From assembly GCF_009914755.1 (NCBI RefSeq), contig NC_060934.1: DNA of 64,000 bases; one strand, 5' to 3'. Positions within the stretch are counted from its first letter, which is position 1. The number at the start of each line of letters is the position of its first letter. This document shows, piece after piece, positions 33,430 through 48,905 of this stretch. Position numbers and translations under genes: made by a program. Origin of the DNA: the human T2T-CHM13v2.0 reference genome, Homo sapiens. A model generated the notes under the pieces. The model did not search any database. It was given only the letters and a program-made list of their open reading frames with translations, and was not told where the DNA came from.

Positions 33430-33812
33430 TGATATGGTTTGGCTCTGTGTCCCCACCCAAGTCTCATGTTGAACTGTAATTCTCAATGCTGGGGGAGGGA
33501 CCTGGTGGGAGGTAGCTAGATCACAGAGGTAGATTTCTCCCATGATATTCCCACGATAATGAGTTCTCAGGAGATCTGATGGTTTAAAAGTATGTGGCAC
33601 GTCCCCTGTCGCTCTCACTCTCTCTCTCCCCTGCTGCCATGTGAAGCCCGCTCCTGTTTCCCCTTCACCTTCTGCCATGCTTGTTAAGTTTCCTGAGGGC
33701 TCCCAGTCATGCTTCCTATATAGCCTGTGGAACTGTGAGTCAATTAAACCTCTTTTCTTCATAAATTACCCAGTCTCAGGTAATTATAGCAGTGTGAGAA
33801 TGTACTAACACT
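33430..33812 (+). mobile_element. MaLR solo LTR (MST-like)
   Basis: tgatatggtttggctctgtgtccccaccc...gtactaacact; TSD AAGAG (33425-33429 / 33813-33817). Confidence 0.92.
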
Positions 33813-34019
33813 AAGAGACACCATGCTCTTCTACTCCAAAACTTTTCTAAAATCATTGGCTTTGATCCTGGAAGTTTAAATATCTCTCGCTACATTTTTA
33901 AAGAAATGCATTGAGGATGAAGTGAAGATACATGGAGCTTGTGGCTACTCACATCTGTGAAGGGTGCACAAGATAGATGCTAGGATGCAAATCTGAGTCA
34001 AGGCAATCGATGTTTGTGA

Positions 34020-34377
<358 letters not shown>

Positions 34378-34817
34378 ATTATCAACTTTAAAGCGACTTT
34401 GCTGACTCTCTAGCTTGAAATATCCTAGAACTCTGCTGTAATACTTTATTTCACTGAAGGTCTAAATGCCATCTGAAGCTTGTACCATGCTGCTGCCTCA
34501 AAATGCTTTGAAACGAACTTGCATTGTGTTCAAAAATATTCACTTCTATTATTTAATTGCCCTGATGTATGCTTCATATATTACAACAGTGTTTGCTATC
34601 CCCACTTGACAAAGGTTCCACTAAAACGACAGTACCGTTCTTCAGAAATGTCTTAAAAGTCTCTGCAAGTCAATTACGTACAAAAAACTAAAGATTTTGT
34701 TTCAGAGACAAGACAAAAGGTGTTGAAGGGGAGGAGATTTTTAGCTTGAAAACTTCAAGTATGATTCACTTTGAAGAGAAATTCTTACTAGCTCACTCAT
34801 TTCCTCAGAATTACTCA

Positions 34818-35117
<300 letters not shown>

Positions 35118-35140
35118 TTAAAGTTAAAACCCTAATGTTT

Positions 35141-35424
35141 TAGAGACAGGGTCTCACTCTGTTGCCCAACCTGGAGAGCAGTGGCGCCATCACAGCTTAC
35201 TGCAGTGTTGAACTCCTGGGCTCAAGCGATCCTCCCACCTCAGGCTCCCAGGCAGGTGGGATTACAGGCACACATCACCACGGCTGGTTAATTTTTAAAA
35301 TACTTTGTAGAGACAGGGTCTTGCTACGTTGCCCAGGCTGGTTTGAACTGCTGGCCTCAAGCAATCCCCCCAGTTTAGCTTCCCAAAGTGTTGGGATTAC
35401 AGGCATGAGCCACTGTGCCTGGCC
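35141..35424 (-). mobile_element. AluJ-like element
   Basis: Diverged antisense Alu. Confidence 0.9.
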
Positions 35425-35994
35425 TATTCATCATAATATTGTTAGAAATGCATTCAGTAAGAAAAAAATAATAGTACACAATTTTATAAAAACAATAACT
35501 TAGATTTAATATTTATTTATGTAGTTATAATAATGTAAATTTTATTTGGTTTAAACAATAAAGAGCTCTGTTGAAAAATCATTGAGTAAAATAACTATAA
35601 TAAAGCAAAATAAGTCAAAAATCATAATTTATCAAGAACTGATTGGTAAACACATTTGATATGAAAAAGTTAAAAACACTGTAAAAGCATTTTAAATGTA
35701 AACAATAAGTTCTCTCATTCATGAACATGAACAAAGTTTCTATTACATCCTAAGCATAACCTCACAACGTACCCATGGCACAGGCAGCATCTATTGTTAA
35801 ACAAAAAGAAAACTAAATTAGGGAGTGTGTAGTGTAGCGTGTGCTTATGCGTCAGTCAGGCTGACAGAACAAAGCTCACCCAGTCAACAATTAGTTGATC
35901 TTCAGCAAGTCAGTTAACTTTAACTGGACTCCAGGGGATGGAATAAATCATCAAGCCTCAGGTTCTTTTCTCTAATGGAAATTCTATGCTTTCA

Positions 35995-36336
<342 letters not shown>

Positions 36337-36451
36337 TTATATATATTTTATATCAGCTGCAAAGTTCAAAATAAAATGCAAGTACATTTTAAAGGTATAA
36401 AAATACATTCTCTTCAAAAAGAATATTCATCAACTTTGATAAACAGATAAC

Positions 36452-36751
36452 TTTTTTTTTTTTTTTTTGAGATGGAGTTTTGCTCTTGTTGTCCAGGCTA
36501 GAGTGCAATGGCATGATCTCGGCTCATTGCAACCTCCGCCTCCTGGGTTGAAGTGATTCCCCTGCCTCAGCTTCCCGAGTAGCTGGGATTACAGGCGCAT
36601 GCCATCACGCCCGGCTAACTTTTGTATTTTTAGTAGAGACGGGGTTTCACCACATTGGCCAGGCTCATCTCAAACTTCTGACCTCAGGTAATCCGCCCTT
36701 CTCAGCCTCCCAAAGTGCTGGGATTACAGGCGTGAGCCACCATGACCAGCC
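36452..36751 (-). mobile_element. AluS
   Basis: Antisense Alu consensus. Confidence 0.95.
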
Positions 36752-36837
36752 ATAGATATCTTTTTTATAAACAGAGGTATTTTGTAACAAAATGAAAAAA
36801 ATGTAATAACTAATCTGTGTGGATTTTAGTGAATATA

Positions 36838-37180
36838 GTCAGCTGTCTGAATCTGTGGGTTCCATCCATGTGGATTTAACCAATTATGGACTGAAATTTT
36901 TTAACTGTATCTCTATTGAACATGTATTGAGTGTTATTTCATCTGTATTGAGACTTTTGTCCTTGTCATTATTCCCTAAACAATAGAGTATAATAATTTA
37001 CATAGCATTTACATTGTATTAGGTATTACAAGTAATCTGGAGATGATTTAAAGTATACAGGAGGATGTGCATAGATTACATGCAAGTACACATTTTATAT
37101 CGGGGCTTGAGCATCTGCAGATTTTGGTATCCAAGGGGGTCTTGGAACCAATCTCCCATGGATATCATAGGATGACTGCA
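36838..37180. mobile_element. MER2-like TcMar-Tigger element
   Basis: atctgtgggttccatccatgtggatttaaccaa...ttggaaccaatctcccatggatatc...ggatgactg. Confidence 0.8.
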
Positions 37181-37724
37181 TGAAGGAAATGAATAATTGT
37201 TACCATTGGGTTTAAGAAATTAACAGGATTCAAAATAAAGGAAATGTGAAACAATTACCAATGACTAACAATGGTTTTATGTGACTCACCTTATGGATTC
37301 AGAGTTTGATAAAAATTGATCAAGATATTAAGGACAGAGTGACTAAAGTTTATCTGATAACATGTTTCTGTGGCCCTCTAAGAGTCACTCCGATTTTGAG
37401 AAGATATTTGAGTTGAGAGAAAAGGTTATTTATAAAGGATCTAAAACAAGGAAGACAGTTGTTCTAAAGCTCCTTTACAAAGGTAAAGAGGAGAAGAGAA
37501 TAGGACAAGTTGTAAACACATGGGTGTCTTATAAGACAAGAGATGACATCTGAGGAAAGCTAGAAGGTAAATACATCCCTCTGGCCCTAGGATGAGAAAA
37601 AGAGGTGGAATTATAAAATCACACATGCAGAGAGGATTCAAACTTCTATGTAAAGCGCCAGAGAAAAAGTTATTTATTACTTTTTGTTCATCTTGTTTTC
37701 TAGGTTGTAGGGAAAGCTTCATAG

Positions 37725-38044
<320 letters not shown>

Positions 38045-38584
38045 ACCTTCCTATCACAGACATAACACACTACACCAGAAGTAGCCAAGGTCTTTACAAC
38101 TACCCCTTGTGCTTGAGCACAGTGGTTCTCAGACAAGGGTCTCTTTCTAATTGCAGAATTTAGTTATCCCAAACCAACCCCAGCACCTACTCTGTCACGG
38201 ATGTGTGCTGGCCCAGACTGTAGCCCAGTATTAGCACGGCTTCTGGTTTAGAACAAAGATGATACATGAGCTACTCTAACAACAAAAGTTAGAATGCTGA
38301 TATTTCACAGCATTCTAATTTCATGTTTCCACAGCTCTTGCCTCATGAGAGGCAATTACAGAATAAGCAGGTAGAACTATAAATTCCTTTATAATTATTC
38401 CCTGTATGGAGGGAGGCTTGCTGTCAAGTCTCTACAAACTTTTGGCACAGGAATGGATATAACAAGAACATAAATGCTTCATCCACAGGAAATAACATCC
38501 AAAAGTAAAAACCTGACAAATTTCTGATGAGCAAATCACAGCTAAATCTTGAATTTCAATGTGCTTACCTAATTGAGCCTTTAA

Positions 38585-38936
<352 letters not shown>

Positions 38937-39941
38937 TGAAGAGTTAGTGAGGAAAAGAGAAGGTAATCAGATCTCTTAAGGTGATGTTGCACGAGTGTCA
39001 AAGATGGGGACCATGTTGCATAGATAGTTGGGTGATGTCAGTTGTGCAAGGCTTGCTACAGAACAGTTGCTTGATAAACGTTTACTGAATGGAAGTAATT
39101 TTAAAAGGCAGCAACAAAAACCCTACTATTATTCCTGTTTCATCTGCTTCATGTAAATTTCAACAAAGCAAGCATGACACATTAGGCATTTTCTAAGAGT
39201 TAAAATTCTAAAAGGTGTCAAAGGCTAACGCTCTGCAAACAAGAAAGCCTTAGAGCTGGAAGAAACTCTGGAGGTCATCTGAGTCTGCTCCCCGCGGGGC
39301 AGCCATACGCTGCACTTGTTCACATCGGTTTTTCAGTAGCAACAGCAATCAATTCACACAGGTTATGAAGCTTCAGTGCCTTAATGCACAGGAATTCACA
39401 CAGGTTATGAAGCTTTAGTGCCTTGAACGATATTTTACAATGCAAAGGAGCAAAGGCAGTGAGGTCGCAACAGGGGTTCCATGGGAGCAGCTGGTCACTG
39501 ATTGTTACCAAGCAGAGGCTGGCAGAGGATCCGGACCAGTACCTAGGCTCTGCTGACTTACTTCTCCACAAGGCTCATTTCCTCTACTTTAAAATACAGA
39601 TTATAGTAGTAGCTGCCTCACAAGGTGGTTAAGGATTAAATAATTCATGTAAAGCTTTCGGTCCCATCTGTGGCATATGGTAAGTGCTTTACATGTTAGC
39701 TACAGATTCATGCTGCAATGCCACCAACTACTTAAAAGAACCTTGAAGGCAGGAACATGTATCCCTTGTAGTCCCATAGCATGGTGTCTAGCAAAAATAA
39801 AAAAAAGCGGGGTGAGGAGGGGGAGTTAAGAGGCTCACTAATTAGTTTCAAATTGACTAATAGTATAAAACAGATAAAATGTTAAAATTAAAGCCAGATT
39901 TAAATATGTTAAATATTGTAGATGCCTAAAGTACCTTATTA

Positions 39942-40138
<197 letters not shown>

Positions 40139-40319
40139 GTTTAAAAAATACAACAGAAAGGTTTAGTATGTATTAACTATTTTTTCATTTGTCTTCATAG
40201 ATTCTCTTTCTAGGGATATAGTTATTTGTTACCATATTTACATTGAAAGAAAGTATCCTTTCCTTTGGTCTTACTTTTTACTTACTCCCCTGATTCACAA
40301 ATACATATTAATGCTCATA

Positions 40320-40425
40320 TTTACATACACACATATCTGATATACATACACACATATGCATATATATATATATATATATACAGAAACATATATACATGTA
40401 CAGACATATATATGTATACACATGC
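40320..40425. repeat. (TA/CA)n compound microsatellite
   Basis: Seen directly. Confidence 0.9.
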
Positions 40426-41409
40426 ACAGACAGGGTGAAAAGAAGGAAAAATTGCCAGCCCAGACAACCAATAAAATAGCCAGAACAAAAGATACAGCAA
40501 GAGTTATGAAATTCAGAGTATTTATTTGTGATGATTTTTCAGCCTGCCCCATACTCCTAACGGCAATTTTTCTAGATTCTGTCCCCCATGGGTAGTCAGA
40601 GGTGATAGCACACTTCACATGTCCTTCAAGGCAGTACAGAGGCTGTAATTTTCCAATTTCAGTAAAATAATGAGCGATGTGTCAGTACACCTTAGTTAAG
40701 TCTAAGCTTAAGGGAGAGTAATTCTGTGTCAGAAAAAGGGAGTTAATCGTTTCTTGCCTTCAGATCTTACTTCTCGTATTAAAAGGAAGACCAAAAAATG
40801 TGACCTTAAACTGAAAGTACACAGAGGATTCTTTTAGATAAATGTGAACCTGTTTGATTTCAGTTCACTTTCAGTGCAAAAGTTTTAGCAAGAGCTGGCT
40901 TTTAAAAAGACGGAAGGGAAAGGGGTACATTAACAAGGAATTTAGAGTAAGGGAACAGTTTTACATAAAAAATATTTTTCCTTACATTTCATGTTTTTGC
41001 AATTTATAATTGGCTCAACATTTTTATGGACAGGCTTTTTCCAGGGAGCTTACCCACAGCTGCTAGAGATTTGTGTTTTTGAAAGGAACGGCACGTTTAG
41101 TTTATTACAATAGGAAAGTGACTTCAGAGTTAAGACTGCAGCTGCAGGTCAGTCCCTAATCACAGACACCGCTTATCTAATATTTTCCAGTAGAAAATTT
41201 ATGATGACTTGTTCATTTATCATTTAATTTATAGCTTTGGTGAAAGTTAAAAATTTAACTGTAAAGGGAGAGATCTGAGTTGCTCGTTATTTGCTTCTTA
41301 GTTCAATAAGACTGCAATAAACATCCCTTTATCCCATGTCACTGATGACTTCATTAGGGCAAATTGCTAGAAACTAGACAGATCCTGTCCAAATGCTTCT
41401 CGGATTGAT

Positions 41410-42030
41410 TAATATCAATATCCATTCCCACCAGCAGTATGTACAGTGGCCCATTTCACCATTCTCTCATCAAAGGACTTCTAATCTCTTCTTTAAAATC
41501 TTCAGTGATTTGACAAGTGAAAACTGTACATCACTGTTATTTTAACGGTTAGTGGAGTTGAGGGTATTTTTTTCATGTTTATTACTCACTTGCATTTCTT
41601 ACTTCTGTAAATTGTTGGTTTATAAATTTTGATCACTTTTGGAGTAGAGTCTTCATAAATACATATACATAGGTATCTTTCAATAAGGTCACGAGCCCTT
41701 TGTTCTATTTGTTAAAAAGATGTAAGGTTTTCAATTTTCCTTTTAACTGTCATCATAAAGAAATTTAAACTGTTTACGTGTTTGAATTTATAAATATCTT
41801 TCCTTTGTGATTCCTTCCATTGTTTCTATAACTTTTCCATCTTAGTTCTGATAAATATTCACCAATATTTTCTGAAGTGTTAAAAAGTGGGTTGCACAGC
41901 TTTACACTTAATTTTTTAATTCCATCTGGAATTACTGACATGTAATCATGATGAAATCAGGCCTGGGAAGTGTGGCTGTAACTTTATATTTTTCTAAATA
42001 ACTAACCAATGGTCTCAGAAATACTGAACA
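41410..42030 (-). mobile_element. Old L1M fragment
   Basis: cattcccaccagcagtatgta...ttaattccatctggaatt...aaccaatggtctcag. Confidence 0.65.
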
Positions 42031-42139
42031 ACCCTTTTACTACTTTATGTTGACATATACATTGTATTGAAATACCAGATGGTACATTATTATGCCATGA
42101 CAGAAAAAGGTGATTCTTGGTCTAAATTTAGCTTCTCTT

Positions 42140-42437
42140 TTTATTTTTATTTATTTACTATTTTGAGAAAGAGTCTCATTCTGTCATCCAGGCTGAAGTA
42201 AAGTGGTGCGATCACGGCTCAGTGTAGCCTCAAACCCCTGGGCTCCAGCGATCCTCCCACCTCAGCCTCCCAAGCAGCTGGACATACAGGCACACGCCAA
42301 CACACCTAGTTACTTTTCAAAAACTGTATTTTGTAGAGATGGAGACTCACCAGGTTGCACAGGCTAACCTCAAACTCCTGGCCCCACTTCAGCCTCCCAA
42401 AGTACTAGGTTTACAGGCATGAGCCACCATACCTCGC
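42140..42437 (-). mobile_element. AluJ-like element
   Basis: Diverged antisense Alu. Confidence 0.88.
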
Positions 42438-44678
42438 CTTTCATTCTCTTTTTAATAATATCAATAAATTCTCTTTTTAATAATAATATCAAATAATAAT
42501 AATAATATCAGTATAAGTGGTGGTAGTGGTTGATATTTGTCGGGCACATGTTAGATGACTGGCACTACTCAAAGCACTTTATGTGTGATGAATTTATTTA
42601 ATTCTCACAGCAACCCTATGAGGTGGGTATAACAATCCATGTGTTTAAGTACACTCTTCAGTGTAATCAACAAAGATGGCCAAAGCTTTGGTTCAAGTAT
42701 TAAATGATAAAATGAAGTCAAGAAGAAAGTTTCAGACATTACCCTATATACATAGATGCATAATAGAAAAAAAATGAATTTAGTTCATTTCTATTACATT
42801 ATGTTAGGTATGAAATAATTTAATAGAAAAAATTAACAAAGGACCAACGGTTTAACTTAGGGATTAAAAACATAATTTTTTCCTGATAGAAGACGTTTTC
42901 CAAATAAGGAAATAAGGAAACACATTTTAACACTCCCCTGTATTAGAAATACAAAAATATGTAAGGCAGTGTCATTGGCTCCCAACCACTAGGGGACAAA
43001 AAACTTATTCTCAAATGCTTGTAATTTAAGGTGTTTTCACAATGCAGGACCATGACTAGAAAATAAAGACTTTTTGCAAGTATTCCAGTCACTCCAATTT
43101 CTCTTAAGTAAAAAATTTTAAAACTTGGACAGTTGCAATTTGGTCACTTTCAAAGCTATTTCTCGACATTGCATTTGTAAAACATTATTCACCAATACAG
43201 TATTAACCTTAATGCTTACATACATAAATTAAGAATCATTTGTTATTAAAATAAGTTTCATATTATAGATAAATATTATAACTACCTATACTATAATTTC
43301 AAATGTTAGCAATATTTTTTAACAATTAAAAAACTTGGAAGTAACCAAGATATGCAGAAGTATGGAAATGATCAATTAACTTATAAAACACCTTCTCAAA
43401 GAAATGAAGTTGAAACTATTAAAATTATAAAACTACATAGTACCATAGAAATGCATTTCATACAATAAATGGGAAAAAAAAGACAGGATACAATCATCAT
43501 ACTTACACTATGAGTTTTACTTTTTTTAGTAATATAAAGACTGTTATGGATACAGAAATATAGAAGAAAATATGTTTTTTAAAAAGACAATGGTTGTGTT
43601 AGGTAGAGAGGGCTGTGGACAATTACTTGTTCTATTTTTCAAACTTACTGTAATATTATATATGTTTCAAAATTACTAGATTATATAATTATATAAAATT
43701 ACATAATTTCAAATTTATAATTTTAAAAAGAAAACATAAAAATATATGAACCAACAACAAATGAAATGAACAAACAAATGAAATCCGTATTGGCAGATGT
43801 AGTTGTGTGGTTATATCAGCACGTAACACAAAATACATATTGGTTATGTCTCAGAGGCAAGTTCTAATCATCTATATTTTTCAGTGATTATGGTAATAGA
43901 CCAAATTTGTATATTAACAATAGTTAGGAATAGCCACATAAATTCAAGCATAAAGCAAGCAACAAAAGCAAAAATCATGGAAAAGTATAAAAAATAAGAA
44001 TATAATATAAGAAGTTAAGAATAAGGGCAAGGAAGAGAGAGAACCAGAAGTCTCACCTAAGTAGTAACGATGAAAAAAAGAAGTACTTACAGTTTCGAAA
44101 CTTACAACCAAACTAATAAAATGGATAAAAATCCTTTCTAAAATAACAAATTATTATATTCTTTGGCTCTCACAAACACATAATTTCAATGTAAACTTAT
44201 AATGTACCTATATTTGTAATTTTAATGATCTCACTTTTTAATAAAATATTGACCTTTAAGATGGCATTTTATTAAAAATACATGATCATTTTAGCTACAA
44301 ACATGGCCATTAACATAAAAGGCCCTCAAGCAAAGTCAAGATAACTCACCACCCATACTAACAGCCTCCAAAAAATCGCACATGTAAATGAGGGGGAAGT
44401 GGGACTTGGCTTTCTGTTAACTCAAAGAAAATCAATACTACTACGTTACCACCTGTAATTTTTCAAATGGGACAGTTTAGATCTTTGATTATATTTCTTT
44501 TACATAACCAACCTGGTCTAATAACATCAGATAGTATGCATTTCTAATGTTAAAAATAAGCTTTTAATATGTTTAAATTTTATATGTGTTGATAGCATGG
44601 GAAAAGAGGTCCTAGTGAAATAGTCTTGACTCATAACAGAGGATTAGAGAAGGAGCCACTCTAAAGTTCCTAAGGTTT

Positions 44679-45048
<370 letters not shown>

Positions 45049-47309
45049 TCATTTTTTCAACGGAGAAAAAAAAACATTTAAATTCTTTTTTTCTCACCTT
45101 AAAATTACTAAAATGCATATTTTTTTAATCAGAAGATTTTTTAAAATCATTGTATGAGTTATTTTTTGCATCTTAAAAATCGGATTCATTTGACCAAGCA
45201 AATATTTAACTGATTCAATAGGTACCTTAACTACAAGGAAAAAAAAAATTTACTATAAGTGAACTTCTTAAGAAGATTAAAAAAAAAAAAAACACGTAGA
45301 CATTAATAAAAACTAAGCAGCTGGAAATTATTATATGATATTAGGTTTCTGACAACCAAACATTGAACATTTCTACTAATAAAAACATTTTGAATATAAT
45401 GCCAATGCTGTTATAATAGTGCAAATCATAACCAACATAGTAACATGATCTTAATAGAAAATTATTATCTAAATGATGCTCTCATTATATGCCAATCATA
45501 AAATTATCCCAAAGACTATGGAGGATAATTAAGAACATCTTACAGTAACAAACAAGTAAAAATCTTGGGAGGAGGTTTAAACTGAGAAGAAATGCTAAAT
45601 CTAGATTTACTGAAGTCTAAAGGGGCTAGGTTAGTCAGCTTCCGTATTGATCTTACAAAACAATGTCAGAAAAAAATCACCAAAGAAAAATGAACATTTT
45701 CATGGATTATATTAGCCAATTATACACATGCTAATTTTGTAGATAAAGGGGAAAAAGGCTTTCAAACATACTATTAGAAAATTCATCTCTGCAATGTTGC
45801 AGGTTCAAAGTTGCTCTCAGTAAAATGTAAAGAAATGTTCACATGCCATAAACACCCTTGAGTCTTTCAGCTCATCTCAGGCTAAAAATAAAAATAGAAA
45901 CTCAAAGTACCTAATGAAACCACAAAAGTTAATAAAAGATATCAATTTGCAATTTTCAAAGAAAAATATTACTTAGGTCTTTAAAAGTTTTCCTGATACC
46001 ACTTACAATTCGTTTTTAAAGTACAGCACAGAACATCACCATAAAAATGGAGAGAGAGAGAAGAAACCATATGAGAATTTAATTTTTTGTAAGCCGGCTA
46101 ATAAAGAAATAAGCTCTTACTTATACCTTCAAAATTATGAGAAAATACAGTTATGCATATGTAAAATTGTATATAAAAATATGGTTCTGAACAGAGAGAA
46201 AAACTGATTTGAAATTTTAATATGTTTTCTCAGTTGAGTCTGTGCAACTTAAAATTCTCCAAACACAAATGGTTTCTTTCTGTCAGAAAAAAATATTTCC
46301 AAGTAGTATTCCAGACATGCTGAGATTATGCAGCGTTCTTTCATATTCAAGAAAGAACCTGTGTCACTTCTGAAAGAATACCTCTAAGTGTTCCCTATGC
46401 ATAAATATAATGTTTAGGAAAAATATTAAGGCAGTATATTTAGACATAGCTGTACTTAATTTGCATGACATTCTTTAATAAAATGATTGAATATTGAATA
46501 AATGGAATATTTACTGGATTTATAAAACATGCAGATAACTTGTTGAAGATCAGTGTTGCTTCAACATAGGAGGACAGACAGAAATAAGAAACAGATTAGG
46601 AAAAAACACCTAGGAGTAGATGTGGGTAAATAATAACATTTGAAAGAAATAACAACAAATGGACAGTTTCATTTTTATTTAACTTTATGGCAAACCCCTC
46701 TTAACTTACATTAAGTCCCCAAACTGATCTTGTTTTAAAAGAATGTATGAAGTACTCCAGAGCAAGGGAAAAGTAGAGAAAGAGTGACTTTTCAGGAAAT
46801 TATTTGTAAGAAAGTATGTTAGAAAAGAGATGCATGGTAAGTGATGCTTTGTGAATTGATTAGAACAAGTTTTCTATAATGAATTAACCAGAGGAAAACA
46901 GTCTGTAAATCTGACCAATGTTACAAAAGAAATTACTCTTCATATGGATTATTTTGTACTGCAGTAGGAAAAAGGAGAATTTTTAATGCTGATGGTTCGA
47001 CCATCGAGAAGCAATTATACTTTGGAAGCAAACATACTGTTCTGAAAGACCAAAAATAAACTAACTTCTATGCCATCCACCAAAGCTAAGCAAAATTTTC
47101 AAAAGCCTATAGGAAGAAATGAATTTTTCCTAATAATTCATATATATGCAAGCATATACATATATAAACATATATGATTTGACAGTCTTTATATACAGGC
47201 AGCCCTTGACTTGCGGACATTCAACTTTAAATGGTGTAAATTTCTGCAATTCATGCAATTCATGTTTACAGCATACTAGCAATTCACCTTCATGTTATTA
47301 TTACAATTT

Positions 47310-47462
47310 AATTTATTTTTAAGAGATAGGGTTTTGCTCTGTCACCCAGGCTGGAGTGGCATCATTGTAGATCACTGCAGCCTTGAACTCCTGGCCTCAA
47401 GTGATCCTCTCGCCTCAGCCTCCGGAGTAGTTGGGATTACAGGTGTGCACCACTGCGCTTGG
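47310..47462 (-). mobile_element. Alu monomer (FLAM-like)
   Basis: Single antisense monomer. Confidence 0.8.
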
Positions 47463-47699
47463 ATTATTACAAAATTTTATGCAAACTACATACAACTTCC
47501 ATTGCCCAGTGAGCTTTTTCCTTTCTTTTAATAATAACAGCCAAACCTCTTTCATTAATAAACATGCTAACCTCTAAGAAATGAGGTATGTTACAGGTCA
47601 GTAAGAATCATACCACATAGTGTACTTTCACACCAGTGATAGCTTATTAAATATGGTTTTAAAGTATAATTCTCATAAAAATTGGCATTTAAATCTTGG

Positions 47700-48905
47700 A
47701 GTGTCATAGATCTCTATTTGGATGTCAACTCAATACGCCTCAAATGGAATCCCTGAACTTTTCCTCAGCCCAACCTACTCCTCTGCAGTCTTTCCCATCT
47801 CAGTAAATAGTAACTCCATCTTCATAGTTACTAAATCCAAAAACCATACACCCATCCTTGGTTTGCCACTTTGTAGGGAAATCTCCTCAGTTCTACCATC
47901 AAAATATATCCAGAATGGGACATTTTCTCACCACCTCCACAGATAATATCTGCTTCCAGCCACCATCATCATCTGCCTGAATGACTACAGGAGCTCCCTG
48001 CTTCTGCTGTTTCTCCCTTACAATCCATTCCCAACAGATCAGCCAGCGTGACCCTTACACACAGAAGGCAGTTCATGTTACGGCTCTGCTTAGAGCCCTT
48101 CAATGATCTGGAGTATAAGAGCCAAAGTTCCTCCTCCCACAAACATTCTATTATCTTGACAACCTCAATTCCTATCACTCTCCCCATTCACTCTGCTCTG
48201 GTCACTCTGGTCTCTTGACCCATCTTTAGGGCCTTTGCACACACTTGTGCACAATGCGTCCTGTCTCAGGGCCTTTGCACATGCTGTTGGGGGGTCAGAC
48301 CGTGCACATGCATCCTGTCTCGGGGCCTTTGCACACACTGTGGGGGCCTGTACACATGCATCCTGTCTCAGGGCCTTTGCATACGCTGTCTGGGGCCTGT
48401 GCACATGCATCCTGTCTTGGTGCCTTTGAACACACTGTCAGGGGCCTGTACACATGCATCCTGTCTCGGGGCCTTTGTACACGCTGTTGGGGGCCTGTGC
48501 ACATGGATCCTGTCTTGGGGCCTTTGCACATGCTGTCGGGGCACCTGAACACATGCATCCTGTCTCAGGGCCTTTGCACATGCTTGTACCACTGCTTGGA
48601 ATGCTTATTCCCAACAAGCTCACTTCAGGTTTTTGCTCAAACGTGGCCTTCTCAAGGAGGCCTTCTTTGACCACCATATTTAAATTTGAAATGCCCATTT
48701 CCCCAGCTCCCTCATCACCCCATCTTCATTTCCACCTTACTTTTCTTCTTAGCACTTATTACCATCTAACGAATTATTCAGCAATTTGTCTCCACTCCTA
48801 CTCCCAACACAAAAGTACTAGAAAAGGAGGATGTTTGTTTTGATTTCTGTTGAAACTCCAGTGCCCAGAACAGCATCTAGAATGTAAAAGGCACTCAAAA
48901 ATATT
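47700..48905 (+). mobile_element. L2 (L2a-like) 3' region hosting a minisatellite
   Basis: ttcccatctcagtaaatagtaactccatc, tcaaaatatatccagaat, ccagtgcccagaacagcatctagaatgtaaaaggcactcaaaaatatt. Confidence 0.8.
48229..48583. repeat. Minisatellite, about 7 units of about 49 bp (gggcctttgcacatgctgtcggggcctgtgcacatgcatcctgtctc)
   Basis: Seen directly; explains the cluster of repetitive ORFs at 48165-48843. Confidence 0.95.

Noticed and set aside
41201-41279. C/D-box-like pair ATGATGA...CTGA about 80 nt apart
   Set aside because: It is antisense to the host transcript and lacks a clear terminal stem. I recall a snoRNA annotated within MPP7 but could not locate one from the sequence.
44084-44115. 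Two GTAAGT donors just after an AG on the minus strand (7- or 22-nt exon)
   Set aside because: Not frame-preserving, weak exonic donor bases and no other support.
48165-48843. Overlapping repetitive ORFs, or a CRISPR-like array
   Set aside because: Translations of a tandem minisatellite with no unique spacers, in eukaryotic intronic DNA.
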